From Octopus sinensis (lineage: Eukaryota): a stretch of 64,000 bases of DNA. Both the position numbers and the translations under genes were made by a program. Under the pieces are notes generated by a model. That model was not told the origin of the DNA. It saw only the letters and a list, made by a program, of their open reading frames with translations, and searched no databases. The stretch is taken from positions 21,638,001 through 21,702,000 of the forward strand of contig NC_042997.1 of assembly GCF_006345805.1 (NCBI RefSeq), given 5' to 3'. Within the stretch, counting starts at the first letter, position 1; the number at the start of each line of letters is the position of its first letter. Of this stretch, positions 12,347-25,119 are shown one piece after another.

Positions 12347-12577
12347 GGCGGCGAGCTGGCAGAGACGTTAGCATGCCGGGCGAAATGCTTTGTGGTATTT
12401 CGTCCGCCGCTGCGTTCTGAGTTCAAATTCCGCCGAGGTTGACTTTTCTTTTCATCCTTTCGGGGTCGATAAATTAAGTATCAGTTACGCACTAGGGTCG
12501 TTGTAATCGACTTAATCCGTTTGTCTGTCCTTGTTTGTCCCCTCTATGTTTAGCCCCTTGTGGGCAATAAATAAATA
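12347..12577 (+). mobile_element. tRNA-derived SINE, family A (tandem second copy)
   Basis: Same motifs as 12093-12321. Confidence 0.85.
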
Positions 12578-13135
12578 AGAATTATGCTAATGGTGTACCT
12601 TTCTTTTAAATGTTCTGCCATTTACACATTAATTCAGGATCAGGTAATTCAGTTGATTGAACATCTAATTCATCATCGTCGAATGACGGAAACCCACCGT
12701 GACCACATGTGTGTGCGCGCGCGCGCGCGCGTGTGTGTGTATTTGTGTGCGGGGGAGCAAATGTTATCTTTCCAATTTCGTTTTCTTTTCCTGTCTAGTT
12801 TCCACTCCTAGACTTCTTGAGTGTTCCTTGTTTTGTTGTACTTGATTGTTTGTTTCAGTCTTTACTTTTATTTGTGTTTGTTTTGACCCAACCTCTCTTC
12901 AAAGTTAACCCTTCCCTTTTTGTTATGTAACCATTTTCATGTCTCACGAACGTACTACATTTTTAGTTTATTCAAATTTTCTTCCAAATTTAAAACCAAA
13001 ACCAGAAACCTAATGATAAATTTTTTGCGATTCTCAAAGAGAAGAGAGAATTTCAGAAAATTAAGAATAAATTTTGTAGTTAATTTTCGTATGTTAAAGA
13101 AACTGACCAGAATTTTCAATAAAATATTTTAAATA

Positions 13136-13376
13136 CCTTATACTCAAATAACGAAGATCAATTTACGAAGCCATTAACTTTGAAATAGAACTATAAATGC
13201 TTGATATCACGTTCTCATAATTACTGTCACGTCTTTAGTTATTCATTTTCTTTGGCATTCATGAAACATTCACAATTGTAAATTTATCAAAATCAAAGTT
13301 CAAAGTTTCGCTCTGAAAAAAAAAACACATTTAATGAATACAAGTAATATATCATCAAAAATGTATGTAAACACAT
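13136..13376 (+). repeat. About 240-bp direct repeat, copy 2
   Basis: Near-identical to 10186-10426. Confidence 0.9.
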
Positions 13377-14169
13377 TTTCACATATTTTGCTAATACTGT
13401 TCTAAGTTCAACAAATCTCGCCATCAATGAGGTGGGGGGTGGGTTTTATATTGAATCCTTCTAGAGTCGATAAAGCAGGTACTAGATAAAGTAATTATCG
13501 ACTTTTTCAACCCTTTAGCGAAAAGAGAGTTTCGTGTGTGTGTGTGTGACAAAACTGCTATATTTCTTAGAACTCGTTATGTATTCAAACTGCTTGTCCC
13601 TAGGGGACACTTTAAAAATTACTCCCAAACCTATTTCCGTTTGTCACCATCTGGTGTCCAGGTCATTTCAGTCTTAGCGTTCCTAGTGGTCGACAAGCAA
13701 AATGTATAGTCCTCCAAACGAAACATATAGCATTAGGATGTTTGCTACGCAGAAGAATTTCTTCATTTATGAATCTGTCTCACCATATTACGTTGGGAAT
13801 TTTCCGTCGGTATCGTTCGTGGAACGGGTCAAGCTTCTTTGTAATCTTTGCTAGCATTTTCCACGTTTTGCTATTATACAAAACTGTTTGCTTCTATAAA
13901 ATACCACACCTTTTCAAATTACAACGTTTGTCTGGCTATAGAGTTTGAGGTAAGATAATAGTTCGTAACAGAGGTATAAGACATCGTTCCCTAGCTCATG
14001 ACTATTACTTTATTTTATTCACCCCGAGATATGAAGGGCAAAGTTAACCCTTAGCAGTATTTTAATTCAGAACGTAAAGCACTGTAAGACAGTTTGTCCG
14101 AAGCATTTTTTATTTTGTCAATAATAAAAGAAAATTCATAACACAAATTAAAGACAAATATGGAACTTA

Positions 14170-14290
14170 TTTCCTTGACCCCCAAAAGGCAGAAAGATAA
14201 AGTCGACCTCGGTGGAATTTGGACTCAGAGCATAAAGCTGGACGAAAGGCATTTTCCCCGGCGTGCTAACGATTCTGCCAGTTCATCATC
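14170..14290 (-). mobile_element. SINE family A, 5' portion
   Basis: Reverse complement of the A-box/B-box head. Confidence 0.6.
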
Positions 14291-14499
14291 TTGAATTTCT
14301 TTTTTTCTGCCCACGCATATTTTTAACTTTGGAATTCACTTCAGTATTCTTTCTCTCTCCGTCATTCTAGTCTTATCAATATAAATGTCTAGACTACAAT
14401 GTTTTTACTAAATTAGTAATTAGTAGCAAAAGATCAGGAAATGTCTAAGCAGTTATTTTCACACATTGCCTCGAAATCTGAAAAATATAAGCGCGGTCA

Positions 14500-15120
14500 C
14501 CGTTTGATAATTATTCCAATAACTTCAAAGAAATTTGGCAGTTGAAAAAGCTTGTAGCAGATAATGTTGTGAACGACTTGGACAACTTGAACGGAAATGT
14601 GGGTAAAACAGGAATGAAAGTGATATGGTCTGTAGCATTGGCAATATTTCAGTAAATACAGCAAATATGGACAACAACACATATTTGCATTGCAGTAGGA
14701 GATCCAATTTTTAGTGCAACAATTCTGCCAGTAGTTCTGTATGACGGGGAAAAGTGGAAAATTGGTCAAGAACCTCGACACATTTCATGAACTATACCTG
14801 CAAAAGATCCGAAAATTATCTGAGGAAACAGAATCACAAATCAAAAGATTCTTCTGTGAATTAAACCCCATCTGCTGCAAACCAACAAGATGCTGTAGCT
14901 GGTTCGTCTAGCTAGTGGATTATATTTTCTGCCTACTTATCTCTCGTCATGCAAAAACTGTAATGAACTGAGTACATTCAGAAAGAAAACAGAAAATGGG
15001 CAGCCCAAAAGCAATTGAGGCCGAAAACTCCAGAAAAATCCCAAACGCATAAGAACCAATTGGACAGGTAGATTGACCACGCTGGTTGATTGCTACTTTA
15101 TGTGTCTCACAGTAAATGTT
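14500..15120 (+). mobile_element. Very degenerate RTE-like RT C-terminal fragment
   Basis: FSATILPVVLYDGEKW resembles the RTE motif F..TVLP.LLYG.ETW; otherwise full of stops. Confidence 0.35.
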
Positions 15121-16425
15121 GACTTTAGGCAAAGACTCTTAAAGATATTAAGAAATAATGATAATTTGTCATTGATGATGCAACATATATTATACGTAAA
15201 TTAGCGGGGTTTACCAGTGGGGTTTACTGACCTCTGCAAAGTTATGCAATAACTCGGTGTGCTGAGTCTTTGCCCTCAGAAAGGAAGATAATTCTAATTT
15301 TCATAAAAAAATACATTTTAAAATAATTAGTAAATTCTGTTACGTTAATTTCTACGCATTTTTAAAGATAAAATGCCCATGACAAATTGCAAAAAGCTTT
15401 AGCCAACAAAAAGAGAGGGGGAGAGAGAAAGAGACAGAGAGAGAAAGAGAGAGAGTATGTATGTGTGTGTACTTATGTGTATGTGTTGCTGTGTGTGTGT
15501 GTGCTTATGTGTGTATGTTGTTCCGTGTATGTGTGTGTGTGTGTGTGTGTCCCCAATCCGATGGATTATTGAACAAGTGGTCGATGATTACATTTTTTAA
15601 TGGTGCTGTATGTGCCCCTGGTTAATAAAGCTTTCAACAGTAGGCTGCACGTATCTCTTATATATACCGTAATTTATATAATTTACTGGTGCAAACAACG
15701 GTGGTGGTAAAGAATGACAAGTGAATCGCTGACTTGCAATGCCGGTGTCATTCCTGCCACAGGAATAAAATTACTTGTGATAGAGCAATGTTTTATGCAG
15801 ATAAATGTGTCTGCAATCAGCTTAAAGCGACAGGAACTAGAATTAAACACTTATCCAATTTCTTGTAAATCAGAAAGCAATAAAAGCATAATAAGAATGA
15901 TTCTAGAGGTCACTTTACAGTATGAACCAGTTGAAGTAATATATTCTACAACAAACGCTAATATATTCCATAGCCTACATACGTCTCCGGCTCTAGGTTG
16001 ACCTACTAAAATGCAAGTCGAACTCATCATCTGGGTCAGTTTCAACCGTAGGTTAATACTTCCCTTTCCTGGTAAAGCACCACAAATCTCTGAAGGTGGA
16101 TTTTTTTTCTGTGTGTGTGTGTGGAGTTGGTGGGAGATTACGATAATTACATGTAATATAGCTCGGTGGATGTTTAGGAGCGTTAGATTACGGGGTTTCT
16201 CAATGTAAGGCACGTAATTATGATAAAATGTCAAACTCATTCCCCAATAAATGGCATACAGTGGATTAATTTGAAATGAATTCTACAATGATCAGTGATT
16301 TACAAATAACTGGAAATACAAAATACATTTGTCGTAATGTTTTTCTTCAAGACTTTCTATATATTTTGTTTCTCCACTAGACTTTACCTCCTCATTACTA
16401 CTACTGCATTTCCGTTCTTATTATT

Positions 16426-16668
16426 TTGTTTTTGGATTTGGTTTGCAAGATTCTTTATATGAGTTTGTGTGTTGAAGCATATTCTGTTGTGTCTGGGGAG
16501 AGTCATTTTCTTTTTGTGCCTTATAATGTAACACACTCACTATTCAAAAGGTTGCAAGACGCAACGAAAATTTTAGGAAAATAAAAATAAGAAATATGTG
16601 GAAATTTTACCGGTGAGTGTGTTACATTATAAGGCACAAAAAGAAAATGACTCTCCCCAGACACAACA
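16426..16668. mobile_element. Short non-coding element with an internal inverted duplication (family 3)
   Basis: 12-bp direct repeat GTTCTTATTATT at 16414-16425 and 16669-16680; perfect about 57-bp inverted arms at about 16484-16540 and 16613-16669. Confidence 0.75.
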
Positions 16669-16695
16669 GTTCTTATTATTCATTTACTTAAAAAA

Positions 16696-16886
16696 AAGGC
16701 GAACGGGCAGAATCGTTAGCACGCCGGACCAAAGGCTTAGCAGCATTGCTTCCGGCTTTATGTTCTGTGTCCTAATTCCCTTGAGGTCAATTTTCATCCT
16801 TTTGAAGATCGCTGAAATAAGTTCCAGTCAATCGCTGAGGTGATGTAATCGACTAGCTCCTGTCTCACAATACTACAGCACTTTGT
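16696..16886 (+). mobile_element. Degenerate SINE family A
   Basis: SINE A motifs; shares private mutations with 17597-17795. Confidence 0.75.
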
Positions 16887-17596
16887 GCCTATAGTTAGAA
16901 GAATAGATTATCTGTCTATAGAATAGAGTTGTGGATTGGAGTAACGGGTCAGCGTTCGGCCGAAATACCTTGTGCATTTAGTTTTACTTTGCAGATCTGA
17001 CTACTATTGATTTTGCCGTTCATTTCTCTGCAGTTGATATGAATGCCCGATATTGTTGTACATCTTATTTGTGATGGTGGTGGCAGGATCTATAGGTCTT
17101 TCTTCGTCGAACGAACCTATGATGGAAGTCATTGTGGGTATGAGCAACTCGTCCCTTACTTTCAGTATAATTTAATCTCAGAATACATTATTTCGATTGA
17201 GTTCCCAGTTGTTGTTTTTTTTTTGTTTTTTATCAAAGATTTTAAAGATTGATTTGTGAGAGATTTATTTGCTATTTCTAGCTTGTTGAGTAAGCGTATA
17301 GAGGACCTCTAGTCGGCTTCCTTGTGAAGATGCAGACATAAACCATCAGCTCAGATATAAAAACATCATATTCATCACACATGTGTTAACATATCTCTTT
17401 GAAATATATTTAAATTTATGCTCAGTAGTTTAGCTGATAAATCGACACCAGAACTTCTACGAATTTCATTTGTGTGAGAAAAATAGTGATGTAATCAAGA
17501 GACGAAAAATCATCTGTTCTATTGATAACATTACTGAATTCAGAAATTATTGAAGGCTTTATGAGTTTACAATAATATTGAAGGCTTTATGAGTTT

Positions 17597-17795
17597 ACAA
17601 AGTGCTGTAGTATTGTGAGACAGGAGCTAGTCGATTACATCACCCCAGCGATTGACTGGAACTTATTTCATCGATCTACAAAAGGATGAAAATCAAAAAT
17701 TGACCTCGAGGGAATTAGGACACAGAACATAAAGCCGGAAGTAATGCTGTTAAGCCTTTGATCCGGCGTGCTAACGATTCTGCCCGTTCGCCTTT
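17597..17795 (-). mobile_element. Degenerate SINE family A (inverted twin of 16696-16886)
   Basis: Reverse complement nearly identical to 16696-16886. Confidence 0.75.
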
Positions 17796-18000
17796 GGGAA
17801 TAGTTTTTTCAATAATACGTGGTAAACTTTTCCTACTTTATTGTGCACATCTATCTACCTGTCTATCTGCTTGTCTGTCTCCATGTATGTGTGTGTGTGT
17901 TACCTCACACACATATATTCATTGTAAACTCTCTCTCTCTCTCTCTCTCACACTCTTTGTATATATAATATATATATATATGTACATATATATATATATA

Positions 18001-18551
18001 CACATATATTCAGTAAAAGCAATTAAGATTCAAGTGAGTTCTATTGAATTCACTTGAATGCGGTACTTCACTTAGATGCACCAGAAAACTATATGGTATT
18101 AACCATACAATAATGTGGTGTGATTATAAACAAGAAAAAAGCAACAAGAATGGATTAGTTTTTCAGTACAATTGTTTCATACGAAGACAAGCTTTATTAA
18201 AAGCTGCAAATATTGCAGCAAATACAAGTGTCCCGTACTCATCAGCCAAAACACATATGAGTTCTCCAAGCATCTTAGTGGTGAAGCTACACTCATGAAG
18301 TATCGGAGATAGTTCTATAAAAAGCAAATTTAGATTGTAAGTAGACTTCCAGAGTTCTCTAATGATGATGTACAGTCTTATAACAGGCTTTAAAAAAGCT
18401 TGTTAGATTCACAGAAAAGGTGAATCCATCCATAATGTAGGTGCAAATTACCGGAGCTTATTTGCAGCTTTTAATAAAGCTTGTCTTCGTATGAAACAAT
18501 TGTACTGAAAAACTAATCCATTCTTGTTGCTTTTTTCTTGTATATACACAT

Positions 18552-18621
<70 letters not shown>

Positions 18622-18660
18622 TATATATATATGTACATATATATATATATATCTATATAT

Positions 18661-18703
<43 letters not shown>

Positions 18704-19267
18704 CTGAAAAGGCATTATTCTGTTTGTATTGTATCGTTTTCGTACTCTATACGTATTGTTATTGCTTCAGAATATTGTACAGCCGTAAGGCATTTTCTTT
18801 TTCGACCTGCTGCTGACCCAACCAGACACTTTGTATTCCGTCCGTCAAGGACTTTTTCCACTTCTTTGCGCTACCTCACTGCCTTGATAACCGAAAAGGC
18901 CTTTTCTGTTGTTCTGTATCGTTTTAGCACTCTATACGTATAGTTATTGCCTTTGCTTATTGCACAGCTGTAAGGCATTTTCTGTAATGTATAACGTTAT
19001 TTTGTCCTGTCCTCGCATTCATCCGCCACTATTTTCCTGTGGCTCTATGCTCTGGCGCTCCCATTTGATAACAGTGGTCTTGGTTTAAATAGCGCGAAGC
19101 CACTATTTTCCCCTTCTCTGTCTAACTGAATGTATATATATATTGGCCTGCTCGCGTAGCCAACAAGGTGGTGTCATTTGAAGGCTAAAACAATGCGAAG
19201 CGCATTGTGACCAGCGATTTGTAGCCTGGTCGGTCACGGTGATCACGGTGATATATATATATATAAA

Positions 19268-19323
<56 letters not shown>

Positions 19324-19922
19324 TATATATATAGATATATATATATATATACACATATATTCAGTAAAAGCAATTAAGATTCAAGTGAGTTCTATTGAAT
19401 TCACTTGAATGCGGTACTTCACTTAGATGCACCAGAAAACTATATGGTATTAACCATACAATAATGTGGTGTGATTATAAACAAGAAAAAAGCAACAAGA
19501 ATGGATTAGTTTTTCAGTACAATTGTTTCATACGAAGACAAGCTTTATTAAAAGCTGCAAATATTGCAGCAAATACAAGTGTCCCGTACTCATCAGCCAA
19601 AACACATATGAGTTCTCCAAGCATCTTAGTGGGTGAAGCTACACTCATGAAGTATCGGAGATAGTTCTATAAAAAGCAAATTTAGATTGTAAGTAGACTT
19701 CCAGAGTTCTCTAATGATGATGTACAGTCTTATAACAGGCTTTAAAAAAGCTTGTTAGATTCACAGAAAAGGTGAATCCATCCATAATGTAGGTGCAAAT
19801 TACCGGAGCTTATTTGCAGCTTTTAATAAAGCTTGTCTTCGTATGAAACAATTGTACTGAAAAACTAATCCATTCTTGTTGCTTTTTTCTTGTATATACA
19901 CATATACATACATATATATATA

Positions 19923-19971
<49 letters not shown>

Positions 19972-19988
19972 TATATATATTATATATA

Positions 19989-20046
<58 letters not shown>

Positions 20047-20594
20047 CTGAAAAGGCATTATTCTGTTTGTATTGTATCGTTTTCGTACTCTATACGTATT
20101 GTTATTGCTTCAGAATATTGTACAGCCGTAAGGCATTTTCTTTTTCGACCTGCTGCTGACCCAACCAGACACTTTGTATTCCGTCCGTCAAGGACTTTTT
20201 CCACTTCTTTGCGCTACCTCACTGCCTTGATAACCGAAAAGGCCTTTTCTGTTTGTTCTGTATCGTTTTAGCACTCTATACGTATAGTTATTGCCTTTGC
20301 TTATTGCACAGCTGTAAGGCATTTTCTGTAATGTATAACGTTATTTTGTCCTGTCCTCGCATTCATCCGCCACTATTTTCCTGTGGCTCTATGCTCTGGC
20401 GCTCCCATTTGATAACAGTGGTCTTGGTTTAAATAGCGCGAAGCCACTATTTTCCCTTTCTCTGTCTAACTGAATGTATATATATATTGGCCTGCTCGCG
20501 TAGCCAACAAGGTGGTGTCATTTGAAGGCTAAAACAATGCGAAGCGCATTGTGACCAGCGATTTGTAGCCTGGTCGGTCACGGTGATCACGGTG
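18001..20594 (+). repeat. Tandem duplication of an about 1.35-kb unit (18001-19251, 19352-20594) with (TA)n spacers
   Basis: The only differences noticed outside the TA tracts are single-base indels. Each unit holds an 82-bp perfect inverted repeat (18131-18212 / 18459-18540) and a possible CR1/L2-type RT relic ([16 protein letters not shown]). Confidence 0.9.
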
Positions 20595-20615
20595 ATATAT
20601 ATATATATATATATA

Positions 20616-20647
<32 letters not shown>

Positions 20648-20648
<1 letters not shown>

Positions 20649-20806
20649 TGTTGTGTCTGGGGACAATCATTCTCTTTTTGTGCTTTATAATCTACCACAC
20701 TCACCGGTAAAATTTCCACTTATTCCTTTTTTAATGCAAGACGCAACAGAATATGCTTCAACACACGAACTCACATAAATAATCTTGGAAACCAAATACA
20801 AAAACG
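20648..20806. mobile_element. Family 3 short element, second rearranged copy inside (TA)n
   Basis: Same segments as 16426-16668 in a different order and orientation, joined at GTTGYGTCT microhomology. Confidence 0.7.
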
Positions 20807-21459
20807 ATATATATATATATACGTGTGTGTGTGTGTGTGTGTATGTGTGTCTCGCAACGTGCTGTCGCTAACATAATTTCCTTCTGATCATATCACTGTC
20901 AATATCACCAGTTCACTGCAAAAAGTAATGAAGGAAGTTATATGCTTAACTTACGTGTGATAAATTCAAATCTGTCATAAGTGTTGTGACTACATTTGCT
21001 CCAACTATCCTGCAAAAATAGGTCTCGTTCTTTATCTAATCAAATCTAATCAATACCCATTGGATAAAATTGATTTGCTTTGTTAGCTCACTGCGTTGAC
21101 AGTAAATAATCCCATTTAAGCACAATAGAAGCCCACATAGTAGATATCTCTCTCCTTGAAATTATATATTACAATCTTTCTTTGAAGTTTATAACTAATT
21201 CCGAAATATTAAACTGTTGACACTGTTCCATGCAAATGCATAAAATGAAAAAAAATACTAAAGCAACTAACTCTATCTGCAAATTACTTTACAGATGCCA
21301 CATCATTTCATCACGTTTTTTTTTACCTTGGCTGCGTTAAACGGTAATTTAGAAGAATTTTGATGAATTTTGATTAATCGGTTTTGCTGAATATACAGCC
21401 CACGACCAAAGATTGAGATAATTACTTGTTTATAGTGACATTTGTGATATATATATATA

Positions 21460-21740
21460 TCAATAATATTTATAGTAGTAATTCTCCTAGTTGCAATTGT
21501 AGAGTTATGTCCCACTGTCCGTTATTAGGCCGAATTTATAAATGTACAATCTTAACTATAACTGGTAACTTTATATATAGGATGTTTTGTTTATATGGAA
21601 AAAAAAAACGTATTTATAGCCATTTTTCCTCTTTTAGACTCAAACATAAACAAATTCTATGTAATTTTCTCTCTCTATTGTTGAAAATGTTGGTATATAA
21701 ACAAAATTTATCTTTTTGGTTATAATATCTTTCTTGATAA
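21460..21740 (+). mobile_element. Penelope-like element relic (Cys linker plus GIY-YIG endonuclease)
   Basis: CNCRVMSHCPLLG...IYKCTI...FIY and HFSSFRLKHK match the PLE at 35690-37600. Confidence 0.6.
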
Positions 21741-22330
21741 TCCTAAATTTTATCTTTACACAACATAACAATATTGTTGAAAATCAATCACCTATAGTAC
21801 CCCATGATAAAATTTCCTCTGTATTATCATCATTGGTTTTATTAGCGTTGCCCCTTTAACTGGTAATTAACATATTGGTTTGAGATCTTCCCCTACCCAA
21901 CATCTTTATAGTCAGTTACTTTATTCTACTTCAAAATAATCTGGACAAGTTTTATGACCATTCCCACTATGTTCTGTCAACTCTGTCCTGCCCTTTCCTA
22001 ACAAACACAATCCTCTAATCTTAGATTTAGTAATTGATAAACAAGACTAATAAATTAAAACTGAACCAAAATCCGTTACAAGCTATGACCTCAACAAATT
22101 TTTTCCTAATGTCTAGTAAATTCTAAGCTGGAGTCGTGGCAGCATGGTCTTTGTCTGTCTTCTTATTCTATTAGAGCATTTCAAATTATATTAATGTGTC
22201 CGACTGATTAAAAATTCTATTTATTTATTTATCCAGCTGAGGATAGCCCTGCATTTAAATTGATGTAATGATTGCATTGTTCAATTAAATGGTACTGAAT
22301 CACCTCTGGATATCCTGTTGCTTATTTTGA

Positions 22331-22362
<32 letters not shown>

Positions 22363-22738
22363 TGCGTGTGCGTGTGTGTATGTGGGAGTGTGTATGTATA
22401 AGTAAGATTCAGTTGAATTAGGTACTTAAATTGAGGCATATTATACACCTCGGGATAATATACATACACAACAACAATATTATGTAAATATCAAACTTGG
22501 AACATAAAGACCAGCCAGATAATATTACCGCAGTGCATGAAGACAATTAGACCCAGCTGAGATCAATAATAATAATAGTAGTAATCTTAATTTATCCCCT
22601 AATAACAACTTTAATAATCTTAATGATGTAAATATCAAAGATCCTTGGAACCCTTTAAATAATGTAAATTTAGCAACAATAATTTGTCTACGCGTAGAAA
22701 TGAGGGTATTATGAATAGTACACACACACGCACGCACG

Positions 22739-22815
<77 letters not shown>

Positions 22816-22829
22816 CTATATATATATAC

Positions 22830-22980
22830 ATGACAGGATTCTTTCAGTTTCCGTCTACCAAATCCACTCAAGGCTTTGGTCGGCCCGAGGCTATAGTAGA
22901 AGACACCTGCCCAAGGTGCCACACAGTGGAACTGAACCCCGAACCATATGGTGGAGAAGTAAGCTCCTTACCACACAGCT
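22830..22980 (-). mobile_element. SINE family B, 5' portion
   Basis: Matches the 5' half of 40612-41067. Confidence 0.75.
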
Positions 22981-23994
22981 ACGTTATACTTAATATTTAA
23001 TGTCTTATCGTTGCCCTCTTGTAATTGATGCGTATCTTCAAAAAAATCTTTTTACTTTTATCCTATTTATATAAATTTGATACCTCTTCATTTTTATACT
23101 AATATTATTTATATACTCTATATTTCTTACTCCGCTATCCTTCAAAGTCTTCCTCTATTAATATTATGGTAATTATTAACGGTTGGTCAGCTTTCTTTCT
23201 TTCTTTTCTCCTTATCCTCCCGTCTCTGTTCCTCACTTATTACTGGCCTTGGCCTTGTCGATTTTTGGAGATAAAGCTTGTATATTTGGTTCCAACACAA
23301 ATGACCTTGACATAGTAGTAGGGTGACCTGACCTCAAATCATTTTCTTACCACTGACCAGTAGACATTAAACAACTCCTTAACAGATAAACCTAGATTAG
23401 TGGAGCCGAGCCCTCCTCTCTTGTTAGAAATAAAGATAATTGGGTGACTAGTTTACTATTCCTTCCCCCTCCTAAAATCTCTATTAAGCACTAAATTTCT
23501 TTAGTTTGATCAAATTTATTCTATTCCGGTAAATGCATTCCGTCAATTGAAATAGTAGCAGAATCAATCAACATATATTTTTGCTCTGGGGATTTTAACT
23601 ACGTGAAATCATTTGAGTGTCCTTTACTTTGATATTCATGAATTCATCTGATGAAAACGGTTTCTTTACAATGGTGTAATGTTTTCATTAATCAATTAAG
23701 GGAGTCATAAGAAACGGTTGTAATGGATTAACACCCGTACCACTATTGTTACTCATTTATATATACATGTTTATACATACATATACATATATACATACAC
23801 ACACACGCACGCACTCGCGCGCACACACACACACACACACACATACACACCACACACACACACTTTTGCGTTCATCTGCATATATATCAGTATCGATCTA
23901 CTACCATATATGCATGCACCCAAAGAGTATATGAATATACTTAAGTTACCACGTTTGTATATTCATGGATATATGAATTTATGCATTTATGTAC

Positions 23995-24030
<36 letters not shown>

Positions 24031-24034
<4 letters not shown>

Positions 24035-25119
24035 ACGAGTGCAGTGAAGAATTCCGGGTAGAGGTTGGGGTCCACCAAGGTTCAGTCCTCAGCCCCCTCC
24101 TATTTATCATAGTCCTCCAGGCAATAACGGAAGAATTTAAGACAGGATGCCCCTGGGAGCTCCTCTATGCTGATGACCTTGCTCTAATTGCTGAGTCACT
24201 ATCAGAACTGGAGGAGAAGTTTCAGGTGTGGAAACAAGGATTAGAATCGAAGGGCCTTAGAATCAACCTAGCCAAAACCAAAGTCCTAATAAGTAGGAAG
24301 GTGGACCAACCACAAACGACTTCAGGTAGATGGCCCTGCTCGATCTGTAAAAAAGGTGTAGGTAGAAACTCTATAAGGTGCACCAAGTGTAAGCTATGGA
24401 CACATAAGAGGTGCAGCAATGTCAAAGGTAGGCTAACTGGGAAGATAGTTTTCGTATGTGGCAGATGCTCAGGAGAAATAAACACTGGAAATGTGCAGAG
24501 ACCAACTTCTACCACGTTCCAGGGAGACAAACTAGAAGTAGTTGATAGCTTCCGCTACCTAGGAGACCAAGTCAGTAGCTGGGGTGGGTGTGCTGAAAGT
24601 GTAACTGTTAGAGTAAGAATAGCCTGGGCAAAGTTTAGAGAGCTCTTACCCCTGCTGGTGACAAAAGGCCTCTCGCTCAGAGTAAAAGGCAGACTATATG
24701 ATGCATGTGTACGTACAGCCATGCTACATGGTAGTGAAACATGGGCCGTGACTGCTGAGGATATGCGTAAGCTCGCAAGAAATGAAGCCAGTATGCTCCG
24801 ATGGATGTGTAATGTCAGTGTTCATAATCGTCAGAGTGTAAGTACCTTGAGAGAAAAGTTGAACCTAAGAAGCGTCAGTTGTGGTGTGCAAGAGAGACGG
24901 CTGCGCTGGTATGGTCATATGACGAGAATGGCTGAAGATAGTTGTGTGCAAAAGTGCTACACCCTAGCAGTTGAGGGAACCTGTGGAAGAGGTAGACCCA
25001 GGAAAACCTGGGACGAAGTGGTGAAGCACGACCTACGAACTTTAGGTCTCACCAAGGAAATGACTAGAGACCGAGACCTATGGAAGTATGCTGTGCGTGA
25101 GAAGACCCGGCAAGACTAG
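24031..25119 (+). pseudogene. RTE reverse transcriptase C-terminal half with an inserted C4HC3 (PHD-like) finger
   Basis: GVHQGSVLSP, LYADD, FRYLG, LHGSETW, LRWYGH, GRPRKTW. The ORF track start at 23989 is a TA-repeat artefact. Confidence 0.9.

Noticed and set aside
12600-12900. Protein-like minus-strand reading (GHGGFPSFDDDELDVQSTELPDPELMCKW)
   Set aside because: Short, interrupted by a microsatellite and stops, no splice signals or homology recognised.
15851-16240. 129-aa minus-strand ORF
   Set aside because: No recognisable domain, includes a (CA)n tract, and has no supporting exon structure.
18225-18260. CTGATGA on the minus strand (also at 19576-19611 and about 58830)
   Set aside because: Not followed by a stem II plus GAAA.
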